Below, piece by piece: positions 25,793 through 38,319 of a stretch of DNA of 64,000 nt. The stretch spans positions 96,844,001 through 96,908,000 of the forward strand of contig OZ024742.1 of the NCBI GenBank assembly GCA_964016885.1. Reading direction: 5' to 3'. The stretch comes from Eledone cirrhosa. Taxonomy: Eukaryota. How positions within the stretch are numbered: the first letter of the stretch is position 1; the number at the start of each line of letters is the position of its first letter. A program made the translations under genes and the position numbers. The notes beneath the pieces are model-generated. The model saw only the letters and a list, made by a program, of their open reading frames with translations. It did no database searches and was not told the origin of the DNA.

Positions 25793-28700
25793 CAGTGGTG
25801 CATTAACAATATAAGCAAAGTAAGCACGTGCTTAGGGCATCAAAGGAAGAAGGGGCACTTCAAAAATTGTTTATATGATGAATTTACAGTTTAAACTTTT
25901 AAATTAATTAATGTTATAGCAATTTTCAAAATGAAATAAGAAATGAATAAATTCGGTATAAACATAGTTGTTCATTTCAGTTTATTTGTTAAATCTCAGT
26001 TTTTCAGACGTTTATCTTTAGAAATGTTTCTGAAACTCCAATGTATTCTGGTTCAATTTTAAAATGGCTACATGCTTGTTGAAATGTTTTGTAAGGTTTA
26101 TGAATATAGCCACCAGCTGAAAATGTTTTTATACTCCCAATCCCAACTAACCAAGGTTTATTTTCTGCTTCTTTTTATTAACAATTCTGTTCATTAGGCT
26201 TTTTTAGTTTTTTACAAATTTTTTTTTTAACTTGAACCTTTTAATATTGTAGACTCTATATCAAAAATAATTGTCATTTGTGTTCTAGATTATTTGCTAT
26301 ATAGTATAACTTTTTTTATTTCTACATAATTTTTTTTATATTTTTTTATTTTTTATCTGAACAAACTCAAGCTTTAATTTCATAACATATTTGCTGATTG
26401 TTTATTTGGGTTCACACCATCCTTTTTCAAATCTAACCATCAGATCTAATTAACAGATCCCCCCAAAATCTAACCATTAAAATCTAATTAACAGATCCCC
26501 AAAGCCAAGATGAAACGCATTCAGTTAAGTGGAGAACAAAAGCGAAAACTTTCAAACAAGAAACAAGAAAAAACTTCGGAATTAGATCGCAAGACAGCAA
26601 AGCAGACTAATTTTTTCTCACAAGTTCCACAACATGATTTACAGATTCCAGGTCAAAACCGATATATGTTATCAGAAGTAGACATGAATACGGCAAATAC
26701 AACTTTGATTACTTCAGAATCAAAATATGATGACTTTAGAAGTACCGAGATGTCGCAAGCATGTTCATCCAGCACATGTCTCACAACTGATCTTACTTTG
26801 TTTGTGAATTCTTTTTATTCGGATACCTCTACTGCAAATGATGATAGGGCTCAAATAATTGCTGAAAATAGAAGTTTAGAGCACTGAGACAATGGCGGTG
26901 AAATTAATTTGCCTGTAAAAAATGAAGAAAATGACAATTTAGCGAACAATCCTGGAAGCTGGCTTGATTTCTCTGCTAATGATATAGCTTATTGGAATAC
27001 TTGTGAACCCAGTATTTGTCAACACCACAACGGGCCATTTAAAAAGTCTTGTCGTCATTTTAGTAGTGGCAAACCAGTAAGGTATTGCTCACAGAAACTT
27101 TTTTATTAGGACAAAAGCCAATGGTGAAAAATACAAGAGAGAGTGGTTACTCTATTCACCATCAAGAGGATCAGTTTATTGTTTTGTTTGTAAACTGTTT
27201 GCTCGTGAAAAAAATTCAATTTTTGTTTCGAGAGAAGGGTTCTGTGATTGGCACAATACTATTGTAATTGAAACGCATGAGAAAAGCATTATTCACCGAG
27301 ACTCTTTGCTGGCATATTTAACTCGCAGGCAAGGTGCAGGGTTAAAGTCAGATTTGGAGAAACAAATTCAAGAAGAGTGCAATTACTGGGAAACGTTTTG
27401 AGGCGTGTCGTAGCTGCTATTTGTACCATAGCTGAATGTGGCTTGCCTTTTCGGAGAAGTGAAGAGAAGTTTGGATCGTTGCAAAATGGGATTTTTTTAG
27501 GGCTGCTTGAACTCATAAGCCAGTTTGATTCATTTTTAGCAGGCCACATTTCTAAATATGGAAATTCTGGAAAAGGAAATCCTTCTTACTTGTCAAAAAC
27601 CACTGTCGAGGAAATTATTCAACTAATGGCACAAAACGTCCGTGAGTTCATTATTAACGAAGTTAAATCTTCTGGTTATTTTAGTTTGTCCGTTGATTCA
27701 ACACCAGATTTATCACATAGCGATCAATTGAGTGTTGTACTTAGGTATTTACAAGATGGACAGCCTATTGAACGATTTTTAACCTTCATCATAATAGAAA
27801 ACCACACTGGCGAGAATATGGCGGACCAGGTGCTGCTGCATTTACGTGAAGCTTGTGGGTTAAATGTTTCAAAATGTAAGGGTCAGACTTATGACAATGC
27901 TGCTAACACGTCTGGGCGTTATAAGGGGATGAAGCAAACAATTTTAGAAACAAACAAGTTTGCTATATATGTGCCCTGTGCAGCTCATTCATTAAATCTT
28001 GTTGGCCGGAGTGCTGATGACTGCTGTCAAGAGGCTGTTAATTTTGTTCTCTACAGTACTGTTACTCTATAATTTTTTTTCCGCTTCCACTAACAGTTGG
28101 AAAATTCTCAAAGATTGTATTAAGAATGAATGTGTCTTGATTTCCCTCTCTGATACAAGATGGGAAGCACATGCTATGGCAACAGCAGCAATCTTGAAAT
28201 CGTTCCCTGGGATATCCGAGGCATTAGAATATATAGCCGAAGATCAATCACAAAAAACGGGAGACGCTAGAAGAGAGGCAAATAATATTGTTGATAAGAT
28301 GCAAGAGCTAGAATTCGTTTTTATGTTGAATTTTTTGGAATGAGATTTTTAAGAATTTTCAAAGAGTAAGCAAAGTTCTACAAAATGAGGATGCGAACTT
28401 AAAGATATGTGCAGATCTCTATGTATCATTAGCTGACCAACTGAACACCTCACGAGATGAATTTGAAACATATGAAAAATAGGCCAAGGAAATTCTCTAG
28501 ATGTTGATTACAGGACAACTGCAACTCGCAAACGTATTAGAAAAAAAGTACCCAATGGCGGAGATACAGCAGAAGTTTATTTAGATGCCAGAGATCAGTT
28601 TCGTATCACCACATTTTACACAATTGTTGACAAAGTTGCAGCTGAGATGGAAAGAAGAGGAGAGATATAAAAAGAAATGACTGAGAAATTTTCTTTTCTT

Positions 28701-29322
28701 AGTGATGTGCGAAATATAGGCACTCCATCAGCTACTAATATTGAAAGGTATTTTCAGTACTATCAAAAGTTGATCGATGCTTATCCAGAGGACTTCAATA
28801 GTAATTTCTCAGCTGAGCTTCAGCAGTTTCATTTATATGTGCGAAATAAGATGAGTAGAACAGAACATGTAAAAACAAGATTTAATCATGCTGAACTTTA
28901 TAAATTTTTTTAAAAGACAATATTGAGTGTGCCTTTCCAAATGTAGACATAGCCTTTCGTATATTTTTAACATTAATGGTTACTAACTGCTGAGCGCTTG
29001 AAATATATTAATAATCCCTTCAGAACAACCATGCAACAATACAGGCTGGATGCTTTATCCCTATTGTGTATAGAAGCAGATGTGTTACGCAAGATTGGCT
29101 ACGAGGATCTGATCAAAGACTTTGCAAGAAAAAAAAGTAGGAAAAAATTATTCAATAAATAAAATTGTTTTCTCTCTTTCTGTATGTTTTGCTATATTTT
29201 GAAATTTCAATAAATAAAACTTTAATTTACCATATATTATTGTTTATGTTTTGATCTACAAATGTATGGGGGCACCAAATTTTTTAGTGCTTAGGGACCC
29301 TAAGGGTTTTAATCCGGCCCTG
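25793..29322 (+). mobile_element. hAT DNA transposon (ZMYM1-like/DUF4371-type transposase), ~3.5 kb, inactive
   Basis: Imperfect TIRs CAGTGGTGCATTAA / TTAATCCGGCCCTG; GTGCTTAGGG subterminal motif at both ends; inserted in TA repeats; internal transposase. Confidence 0.85.
26510..29162 (+). pseudogene. hAT transposase pseudogene
   Basis: Motifs GLPFR, NGIFLGLLELI, SVDSTPDLSHSDQ, GQTYDNAANTSG, CAAHSLNL, DTRW, and C-terminal dimerisation-like FPNVDIAFRIFLT...RTTMQQ.RL; frameshifts and stops. Confidence 0.9.
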
Positions 29323-29379
<57 letters not shown>

Positions 29380-29560
29380 TTTTATACATATGCACATATC
29401 ATAATAATTACATACACATATATATATTTGCGCGTATATACATATACCATTTATGTAATATACATACACATATCATACATATGTACACACACTTCATATA
29501 TATACACATATAAATATATCACCAACCTTGTCTATATATATATAGACAAGGTTGGTGATA

Positions 29561-29592
<32 letters not shown>

Positions 29593-29811
29593 GACAAGGT
29601 TGGTGATATATTTATATGTGTATATATATGAAGTGTGTGTACATATGTATGATATGTGTGTGTATATTACATATATGGTATATGTATATGCGCGCAAATA
29701 TATATATATGTGTATATCATTATTATAATATCTGCATATGTATATATATATATATACAGGGCCGGATTAAAACCCTTAGGGGTCCTAAGCACTAGAACAT
29801 TTGGTGCCCCC

Positions 29812-29814
<3 letters not shown>
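29265..29814. repeat. ~550-bp fold-back palindrome that duplicates the hAT right end in inverted orientation
   Basis: 29265-29322 is inverted at 29757-29814; inner arms 29410-29535 and 29585-29697 are inverted around ...ACCTTGTC(TA)nGACAAGGT... Confidence 0.88.
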
Positions 29815-29855
<41 letters not shown>

Positions 29856-29979
29856 GTAGGAGGTGAGTTTTATTATAGTACAATAAAGCAATGCAGATAT
29901 CGGATAAGAAGCACTCTACAGTTTGTAGGACTGGAGTATACATAATATAAGATCAAAAGATGGTTAAAGGAGTTCCATG

Positions 29980-30051
29980 TATTTTATTATGCGCATTTCA
30001 AAAACAAACATCATCATGCAATAATATTTGTGTTTTCATCAGATAAAACAG
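29980..30051 (-). ncRNA. Minimal type I hammerhead ribozyme (minus strand)
   Basis: Reverse complement reads TTTTAT CTGATGA ...stem II... GAAA TGCGCA TA ATAAAA; intact core. Confidence 0.82.
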
Positions 30052-30167
30052 AAGAACATGATATGAAGGCTAAAAAACACTTGTGGATAGTGCAGTTTTA
30101 AATCAACATATGTTGATTTAAAACTGCACTATCCACAAGTGTTTTTTAGCCTTCATATTATCTTCTC

Positions 30168-30240
30168 CTGTTTTATCTGATGAAAACACAAATATTATTG
30201 CATGATGATGTTTGTTTTTGAAATGCGCATAATAAAATAG
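30168..30240 (+). ncRNA. Minimal type I hammerhead ribozyme (plus strand)
   Basis: CTGTTTTAT [CTGATGA] AAACACAAATATTATTGCATGATGATGTTTGTTTTT [GAAA] TGCGCA [TA] ATAAAATAG; 9-bp stem I; palindromic stem III; predicted cleavage after 30231. Confidence 0.85.
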
Positions 30241-30267
30241 ATGGAACTCCTTTAACCATCTTTTGAT

Positions 30268-30884
<617 letters not shown>

Positions 30885-31739
30885 AGTGAAAGAGGGAAGA
30901 AATACATGGTTGACTGTACAAAAAGGGTTTTATTTACAGTTTAAATAATTGTTTTATTGATCAGGTGAGTCTAAAGGCCGCTGATCACTTGAAATTGTGT
31001 CACTCGACCTTAAATACAGTGTGTGTCTCTGATCAAATCATCGGAATACTGGAGAGTGTAACACATGGCACTGATATTTATAGATACATCAGAGCATCAA
31101 GTAACGGAAAACAATAACACCAATAATAAAAGATAATAAATAATAATAAAAGTATAAAGAAGTAAAAATGAAAATGAAAAGATGTAAAAAATAGGTATAA
31201 AATACGGTTATTGATAATAGAGTTGTGGTGGTGGTAGTTGAAGTTATAATGGTGAGTAAGTGGATGTGTAAAATAGTGATGACAGTAATGATAACAATAA
31301 CATGGAAAGAAATACGATATATGATAGGCGATATATAGTGTATTTAGTTCATAAATTGGTGAAATAAAAATGCAAGAGGTACAACAAAATATCAGATTAA
31401 ATCATAAAAAGTAAGAGAGAAAGAGATAAAGAACATGAGATAGAGAATAAAGAATAAGTATTCAAGGATGAGACAAAAAGGGTAGGACTAAGGTCGGGGA
31501 AGCAGTGGATAGACAGATAGAGAATAAAAAGTGAAAGGGATAGTGATGATATATGTGTGTTTAGGGTCTGGTAGACTGAATGTTTTATCTTAATAGAGGT
31601 GATGCGGCTATAGAGAGAGAGTGAAAGAAAGGTTGGGAGATTCACGATGTTGATTTAATGACCAGTTGGTCAGTTGACAGCTAATAACAGTGGAGTAGTG
31701 TGAAGCTAGTACATTTAAATCCGAGTGGTTTTGACTGAA

Positions 31740-33303
31740 TTCCGAGATTGCTGGATTGAATCATGCTGATTGTGGTTTGAAGTTAGAGAATTTGGTGGCT
31801 GTTTTGTGCCTACAAAAGATTGTTCGCTCTATTTTGTTGTTAAGCAGCATGTTTTCATATTTTAAAATATGGAGCAGCTCCATATTGCATAGTCCGCAGT
31901 GGGACATTCCATTTTCGTAGGCCTTTGCACACGATAACTTCGACCAGCTAATCTCATATTCCTGGTTGATATCCTTAAGCTGCCAAATCTTATTGATCAG
32001 CGTCGTTGTATTCTCAAGTCTACAGTTTTTTTATAGAATGCCCATGCACATACCATCTTTTTTTGAAATCTCCAGCTGTAGAACCTATGTAGTGCCATGC
32101 TAGGTTGCCAGATTTGATAGTACACAGGTACACTATATTTGATTCTAGGCATCTATTCTGCGGTGGGCATTTATCCGGCAGGTGGCAATTACATTTGGAG
32201 GCCTTGTGTGCAGGTTCTCCATTATGGTTCTGCATGTTGTTAGGGATGGGCAGGGATTTAGGTTTATTGGTGTTTTGTTGTGATGTGTTCTGGCGTGTGG
32301 ATGGTTGTGATGTTGTTATGTGCTTGCGTTTTGTATTTGGTGCTATGGTGTATGTTGGTAGATTACATTCCTTAGAGATTCTTTTATAGTTGATTTTATG
32401 TATGTGTGATTCTATGTTGGCTGCAGTAGAGTAAGAGAGTTTGGTAGTTTTTCTGTTAAAGATTCTATGGTATTTGTGTAGTTTAGGGAAGTGTTTGTCA
32501 ATTAATTTAAAAAATAAAGAAGGTAGGTTGGTTTTCATAGAAGGGTTGAAGATAGGATTGAACCATAAATATTTCCTATATGTCGCGTGCCTATTGCCTA
32601 TTTCCATGTTTAGTTCTATATTTGTTATCCCTATAGGTGCGACTAGTGTAGTTGTCGTTAGGTTTGTCGTTAATGTCTCTATCGGGTATGTATTTGAGCC
32701 CCTCCTTGTGGCCTGCCTTATGGAAAGGATCTATTAGTCCTGTGTTTAGGTTGAGTGTTACATCTAAGAAGTTTGCTTTTTTAGAGTTAAGTTCGAACGT
32801 GATACCTAGGCCTAGTCTATTGAAGAAAACTCTTTCCATTCTAAAAGGAGTGTGTCATCTCTATAAATTCCTCCTTGGAGATTATTAAATTCCTTATGTA
32901 AGTTATGCGCTATATATATGCCAACTATGTCTGTTACTTGTGCTGAGTCGCTAGATTCCATTATAATGTCGAAGCTATTCTGTCTGTTTTTTCGTTCCCA
33001 GTAACTATTTTCGAATCTAATGATAGTTCTCCTAGCAGCTAGTATTATTCTAATTTCATCAGAGGTTAGGTCTGAATTTTTCCGGGCAAAGTAGAGCGCT
33101 TTATTTAGGGTGATTGGGGAGGAGGATGAATAATAGTCGCTGATATCAAACTGTATGAAGTTGGATGTTTCCCTATTGTCTATTTTGTTATACCAATCTA
33201 TTGGCTCATTAGTGTTACCCCATAATTTAATTCCAAGTTTGATCTGCGCTATTACTCTGTCTAGTATATACTTGCGAAGGAAACCTCTTGTTGAGTCAAA
33301 CAA
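31740..33303 (-). mobile_element. Penelope-like retroelement (RT + C-terminal GIY-YIG), 5'-truncated, frameshifted
   Basis: FDISDYYSS, GIYRDD, NFLDVTLNL, WFNPIF...KLSYS, CNC...CP...C...IVY...YIGST...FKKRWY.H. Confidence 0.88.
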
Positions 33304-33384
33304 CGCTGTATATTAGAACTGTCCATAGTACAGAGTACTCACAAACTGTAACTGGATTACCTAAAACGATTATTTGTTATCCCA

Positions 33385-33730
33385 TATGGCTTAGTAGTTA
33401 GAGCATTAGTAGTTATCCCATACGGCTTAGTAGTTAGAGCATTAGCCTCGCAATCGAAAAGTTGTGAGTTCAATTCTCAGACCGGGTGATGTGTTGTTTC
33501 CTTGAGCAAGACACTTTGTTTCACATTGCTCCAGTTTACTCTGCTGTAGAAATGAGATGATAGGGACTGTAAAGTGGACGTGTAGGCGCCACGGATAAAA
33601 AGCACCCAGCATTCACTGTAAATGAGGTTGGTGTTAGGAAGGCCATCCAGCTGTAGAAATCAAGCCAGAATCAGTTCCGTCCCACACTTGCAAGTAGGGA
33701 AAAGCGGACGTAAAATGATGATGATGATGA

Positions 33731-33734
<4 letters not shown>
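33385..33734 (+). mobile_element. tRNA-derived SINE family A with duplicated A-box head
   Basis: GGCTTAGTAGTTAGAGCATTAG occurs twice (~33388 and ~33424); body and (GAT)n tail match other copies. Confidence 0.87.
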
Positions 33735-33787
<53 letters not shown>

Positions 33788-33830
33788 AAGGAAATACAAA
33801 GTTTAGATGATAAAGTCCTTTATTGCTAAG

Positions 33831-33909
33831 GCTGTTATACATATTTCGAGGATGACAATTAGTTACACAATACAGTGTAGAAGCTAGTGCCATGCTCTCT
33901 TCGGACAGC
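33831..33909 (-). ncRNA. Type I hammerhead motif (core variant CCGAAGA)
   Basis: Reverse complement: GCTGT CCGAAGA GAGCATGGCA...TGTCATCCTC GAAA TATGTA TA ACAGC. Confidence 0.7.
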
Positions 33910-34046
33910 ATCTTACATAATAAAGTTGCAAAATTCCCCTGTCAGGGGAGTGGACATTCAATTAACGAACATCGCTGATTGTCCGTTTCACTTTGTCACT
34001 TCAATTTTGGATTACCTCCTTCATTGTAACTTTATTATATTAAACA

Positions 34047-34123
34047 CTGTCTGAAGAGAGCATGGCACTAGCTTCTATGTTGTATTGTGTAACCAATTGT
34101 CATACTCGATATATGTATAACAG
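34047..34123 (+). ncRNA. Type I hammerhead motif (GAAA mutated to GATA)
   Basis: CTGT CTGAAGA GAGCATGGCA...TGTCATACTC GATA TATGTA TA ACAG. Confidence 0.7.
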
Positions 34124-34194
34124 CCTTTATCATCTAAACTTGTGAGGAAAATGAACATTGAGGTCTAGAATTGATTTACATCAATATTTTGGTA

Positions 34195-34275
<81 letters not shown>

Positions 34276-35343
34276 CACCGTTTAATGTCTATTTTACATG
34301 TTTGCATGTGTTACAAAGGTATTACAATCCTAAATAGGTTATGTGACCACGTGTTCCTCATGCAGTATGGCTGGAAAATGGGCTTCCTAACACCAACCAT
34401 TTTACAGCATTTACATAGAGCTTTTTTGTGACACCAACACAGCACCTTATGGTGTATTTTGTCATGGCACCAGTACAATCACCTTACAGATATGTGTGTG
34501 CGTCCATCAGTGTCTGTGTTTACATTTACTGTTCAGTTTTGCTTCTTAAATTAGCAGTTCAATAAAATCAATATGATTGATTAAATCCTTCCAAGCATTG
34601 CCACAGTCTGATTGGAACCAGTAAAAGTAAAATAAGTCTACAAATTGTGGCAAAAAGACCACAGTTGAAAGAATTAGATTCAGAGCATTTTCAGATGGAA
34701 AAGTTAGACTGTTTGACTGATGTGTTTTGACTTAATTGAAAATTCTCTAATTGTCTAATATTATAAACTGGCATAAAAGATATTTTGACAGTGTCTTGAT
34801 ATAAAATATTTAGACAATATATTGATGTAAAGTAGTTAAAGAATTTCTTTACATAAAATAGTCGAACTAGATATATCAGGACTGTGAAATATTTGATACT
34901 GCCTTGATGTAAGATAGATGAGATATAACTTCACTGATGTTTCTTGACTGAGTTGAGAAAGAATCTAACTCCCAAGCATAATGATTTGTTTGACGGTCTG
35001 TCGATCAAACCGGTGTAATAAAGTGACCTAAACAGTTAGTTTGATGAAACAAGTTAGACCTATCATCACTGTGTGTTGACTTGCTTGACTGTCAATGACC
35101 TAGCCTAACTGTCAATATAATGAACAGATACAATAAATATTTTGACTAGACACACCACACTCAACATGTCGATGTTAACTTGATTAACATTGATTCTTGT
35201 TACTCACCTCTCTGCAAACTGTGTGGCATGGGGGTTTATTGGAAAAGCAAAGCAAAATATCACCGTTAAGAAATTGATTCGAATGAATCATACTATGCAT
35301 GTCCTCACATATAATACAGGTTGATTCTTGAAATAACGAAGAC

Positions 35344-35346
<3 letters not shown>

Positions 35347-35420
<74 letters not shown>
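35347..35420. repeat. (GA)n microsatellite
   Basis: Direct inspection. Confidence 0.95.
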
Positions 35421-35423
<3 letters not shown>

Positions 35424-36184
35424 GCTATTCATATTCTCACTAAAATCTAAGAATTGCAAGTAAAAACAGAAATTTTCTGCAACAATTACAACCATGATAC
35501 ATTTATATGGTCAGGCATCAAAAATAATAATAAGGAAAGTAATACAGAAATAAAGAATATATAAAAATGTAGGAAATGTGTAGCATAACAACTTGGAAAC
35601 ACAATTTCAATATTTTTCTTGAAAAGAAATTCTTTGTTTTCAAATATTCTTTAGTCGTTCAGTATCATTCTTTAGAATTTTAATGGCAGAGATTCGTCAA
35701 AATGAAGCAACTCCAAACACTTATTATGGATGCAGTTTTGATTAATTTATTCCATGGATAGATTTAATTCTATTAGAAATATCTTCAGTAATAGAACAAC
35801 AATAGCAACTATAAGAATTACAGCACGAGCTAGAGTAATAATAACTACAACAATAACAGCAAAAGATAGATGCCCATAGAGAAGAACAAATAAATGGAGA
35901 GCTAGATATAGTGAGAGATATGTTAATTTGTTAAGTTAGAAAAGAATTAATTCTGCAAGGCATTGTTTGAGGTTTAAAATGCCCTCTAGGTCTGTCAAAT
36001 TGGCATTGCTGAGAGAATAGAGAATTTGTAAAATTTAGTTAAATAGTTGTTCTATGGTTGAGGAATTTAAAGGAGTATGATTAATTAAACTGGAAAAGAA
36101 ATGTGAAATTATCTGAAGAATTGTTTGTGAGGAAACGAGGGAGTTAGCTATCAATTGAGTAGTAAATAGGTACTTTTACTATAT

Positions 36185-36325
36185 ATAGCTGGTAAGTTAG
36201 CAGAATTGGTAGACTGTCTAGTTAAATGTGTCAGTATTGATTTGCCTCTCTGTATTTGGAGTTCAAATCCTGCTAAAGTAAGCTTTGTTTTTTTATCGTT
36301 TTTTAGCTCGATAAATAAAGTACAT
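36185..36325 (+). mobile_element. Degenerate SINE family B copy
   Basis: GAGTTCAAATCC B box and ...TCGATAAATAAAGTAC match family B. Confidence 0.55.
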
Positions 36326-36359
36326 GGCCAAGAATGCTGAATTTGTTGAATTATTAGAT

Positions 36360-36438
<79 letters not shown>

Positions 36439-36497
36439 TGTATACACAGTTATTTATCACCAGTATACAGAACATCTCAATGAAAAGTTTACTAAAA

Positions 36498-36810
36498 TCT
36501 AAACTATAATAAAGCAAGTCCTGCGGGACTGTGTACAGTTTATTTCTTTTAATCCAGTTAGTAAAATAAGTTGGATTACTTTGAATAAATAATTGTTTCT
36601 ACTTTTGGCACAAGGCCATCAATTATCCAGTACATTACTGGTACTTTATTTTATCGACCCCGTAAGGATGAAAGGCAAAGTTAACCTCGGCGGGATTTGA
36701 ACTCAGACTGTAAAGGGAGGACGTAACTATGCTGGAAAGCATGGCGTCCGACTCTCTACCGATACTGCCATAAATAATGAATGAATATTACATAATGTAT
36801 CTAAAATTGA
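36498..36810 (+). mobile_element. Helitron 5' end fragment interrupted by a SINE
   Basis: A^TCTAAACTATAATAAAG start; homologous (inverted) to 37725-37851 on both sides of the SINE. Confidence 0.65.
36594..36770 (-). mobile_element. tRNA-derived SINE family B with 8-bp flanking duplication TAAATAAT
   Basis: Near-identical to the reverse complement of 48483-48660; TAAATAAT at 36586-36593 and 36771-36778. Confidence 0.85.
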
Positions 36811-37189
36811 CTTCTTTTCAAAGTTGCACTTCCGATATATCGTCGCCACCACCACCACTTCAACTACCATATATATAGAAAGAGAGAGTGTGTGATGAGA
36901 GAGATAGAGCGATTATGATTTTCTACACACTGAAGGGTATGAGTCTGCACATACATACATCTATATGTATGAGTATATAACTATTATGAGTATATAACTA
37001 TAATCGCGCAAGCACAAACTTATAAAAATACACACGTACGGACATAATTCAAACAAATACACATACACATTTACACAAACACACATATACAGTCATGATA
37101 GCGTTCGATTTAATTGGAAATGGGAGGGTAAAACAAGTATAACGTTTTATTTATTTATTAACTCTTCTTTTTTTTCAACTCATTTAATA

Positions 37190-37851
37190 TAATTAACAGA
37201 AAAATCACCCTTCGGGTGGTTTTCTGTTAGCTTGTGTGGTGTGTATATTGATGTTATACGCAAGTATATATGCATGTAGATATGATACATCAAATAAAAC
37301 CGCAATTGACAATATAAACAGAAATTGAACGAATACTGTGTTACACCGTCTTCTGTATTCAGTAACGTAATCCATGATACATTAAAAAAAGACGATATTA
37401 TATATCTGCTAGCATGTGTAGTTTGTATATTGATATTATACGATACGCAAGTATATAGGCATGTAGATATGATCAAATAAAATCGTAATTGACAATATAC
37501 ACAGAAATTGAACGAAGACTGTGTTACACTGTCTTCTGTAATCAGTAACGTAATCCATGATACATGAAAAAAAGATGATATTATATATAAACTGCATTAG
37601 GAGAAAATTAGTGACAGAAATATATGAATATTTATTTAAACGATCGCTAACCGGAAGTGTTGACATTTGAAAATGTTAAAGAAGTGAATCTTTAAATAAG
37701 AAATATTTAATTAACAGCCACGAAATTTAGTAGATAAATTATGTAATATTCATTGATTATTTATTCAAAGTAATCCAACTTATTTTACTAAGGGGATACA
37801 AAATTATAAACCGTACGAAGTCCCGCACTTCTTACTTTATTATAGTTTAGA
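37190..37851 (-). mobile_element. Non-autonomous Helitron (~660 bp) with internal ~180-bp tandem duplication
   Basis: 5' TCTAAACTATAATAAAG; 3' hairpin CTAACAGAAAACCACCCGAAGGGTGATTTTTCTGTTAA; subterminal sequence matches 45195-45372 of the autonomous Helitron. Confidence 0.78.
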
Positions 37852-38115
37852 TTAAGCACTGTTGTACGCCCATTGATTAGATATATATATAAATGTAATA
37901 GCATATAAATAATGCCTGATGCAGACACACACACATATATATATATATATACACACACACACAAATCGTCTTCCGAAGTTAGTGAAGCTATTATTAATCC
38001 TCCCCGGGTGAAGTAATTTGGAAAGTCTTCGCATTCATGAAATGCAATAATACATCTAACGGGGACACACACACACACGCAAATATATCTATTCATACAT
38101 AGACATATATATAGG

Positions 38116-38310
38116 CGCGAAGTCTGGTCCGTAGTGCGCATGCGTTAATTTTGGTCTGAAGTGCGCATGCGCGAAGGCTGGTCCGAACTGCGCATGAGCG
38201 AAGGCTGGTCCCTACTGCGCATGCGCAAAAGCTGGTCCATACTGCGCATGCACAAAGTCTGGTCTGAAGTGCGCATGCGCGAAGGCCAGTTCGTACTGCG
38301 CATGCGCAAA
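38116..38310. repeat. 27-bp GC-rich tandem repeat, 7 copies, each with TGCGCATG(CGC)
   Basis: Motif starts at 38134, 38161, 38188, 38215, 38242, 38269, 38296. Confidence 0.92.
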
Positions 38311-38319
38311 TGTATATAT

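Larger units (their letters stand above)
33799..34141. mobile_element. Fold-back element (~343 bp, arms ~120-130 bp) with a hammerhead motif in each arm
   Basis: 33799-33931 is inverted relative to 34024-34141, with a ~90-bp spacer. Confidence 0.85.

Noticed and set aside
27377-28072. Host ZMYM1-like gene
   Set aside because: Lies within TIR-bounded hAT element and is broken by frameshifts and stops
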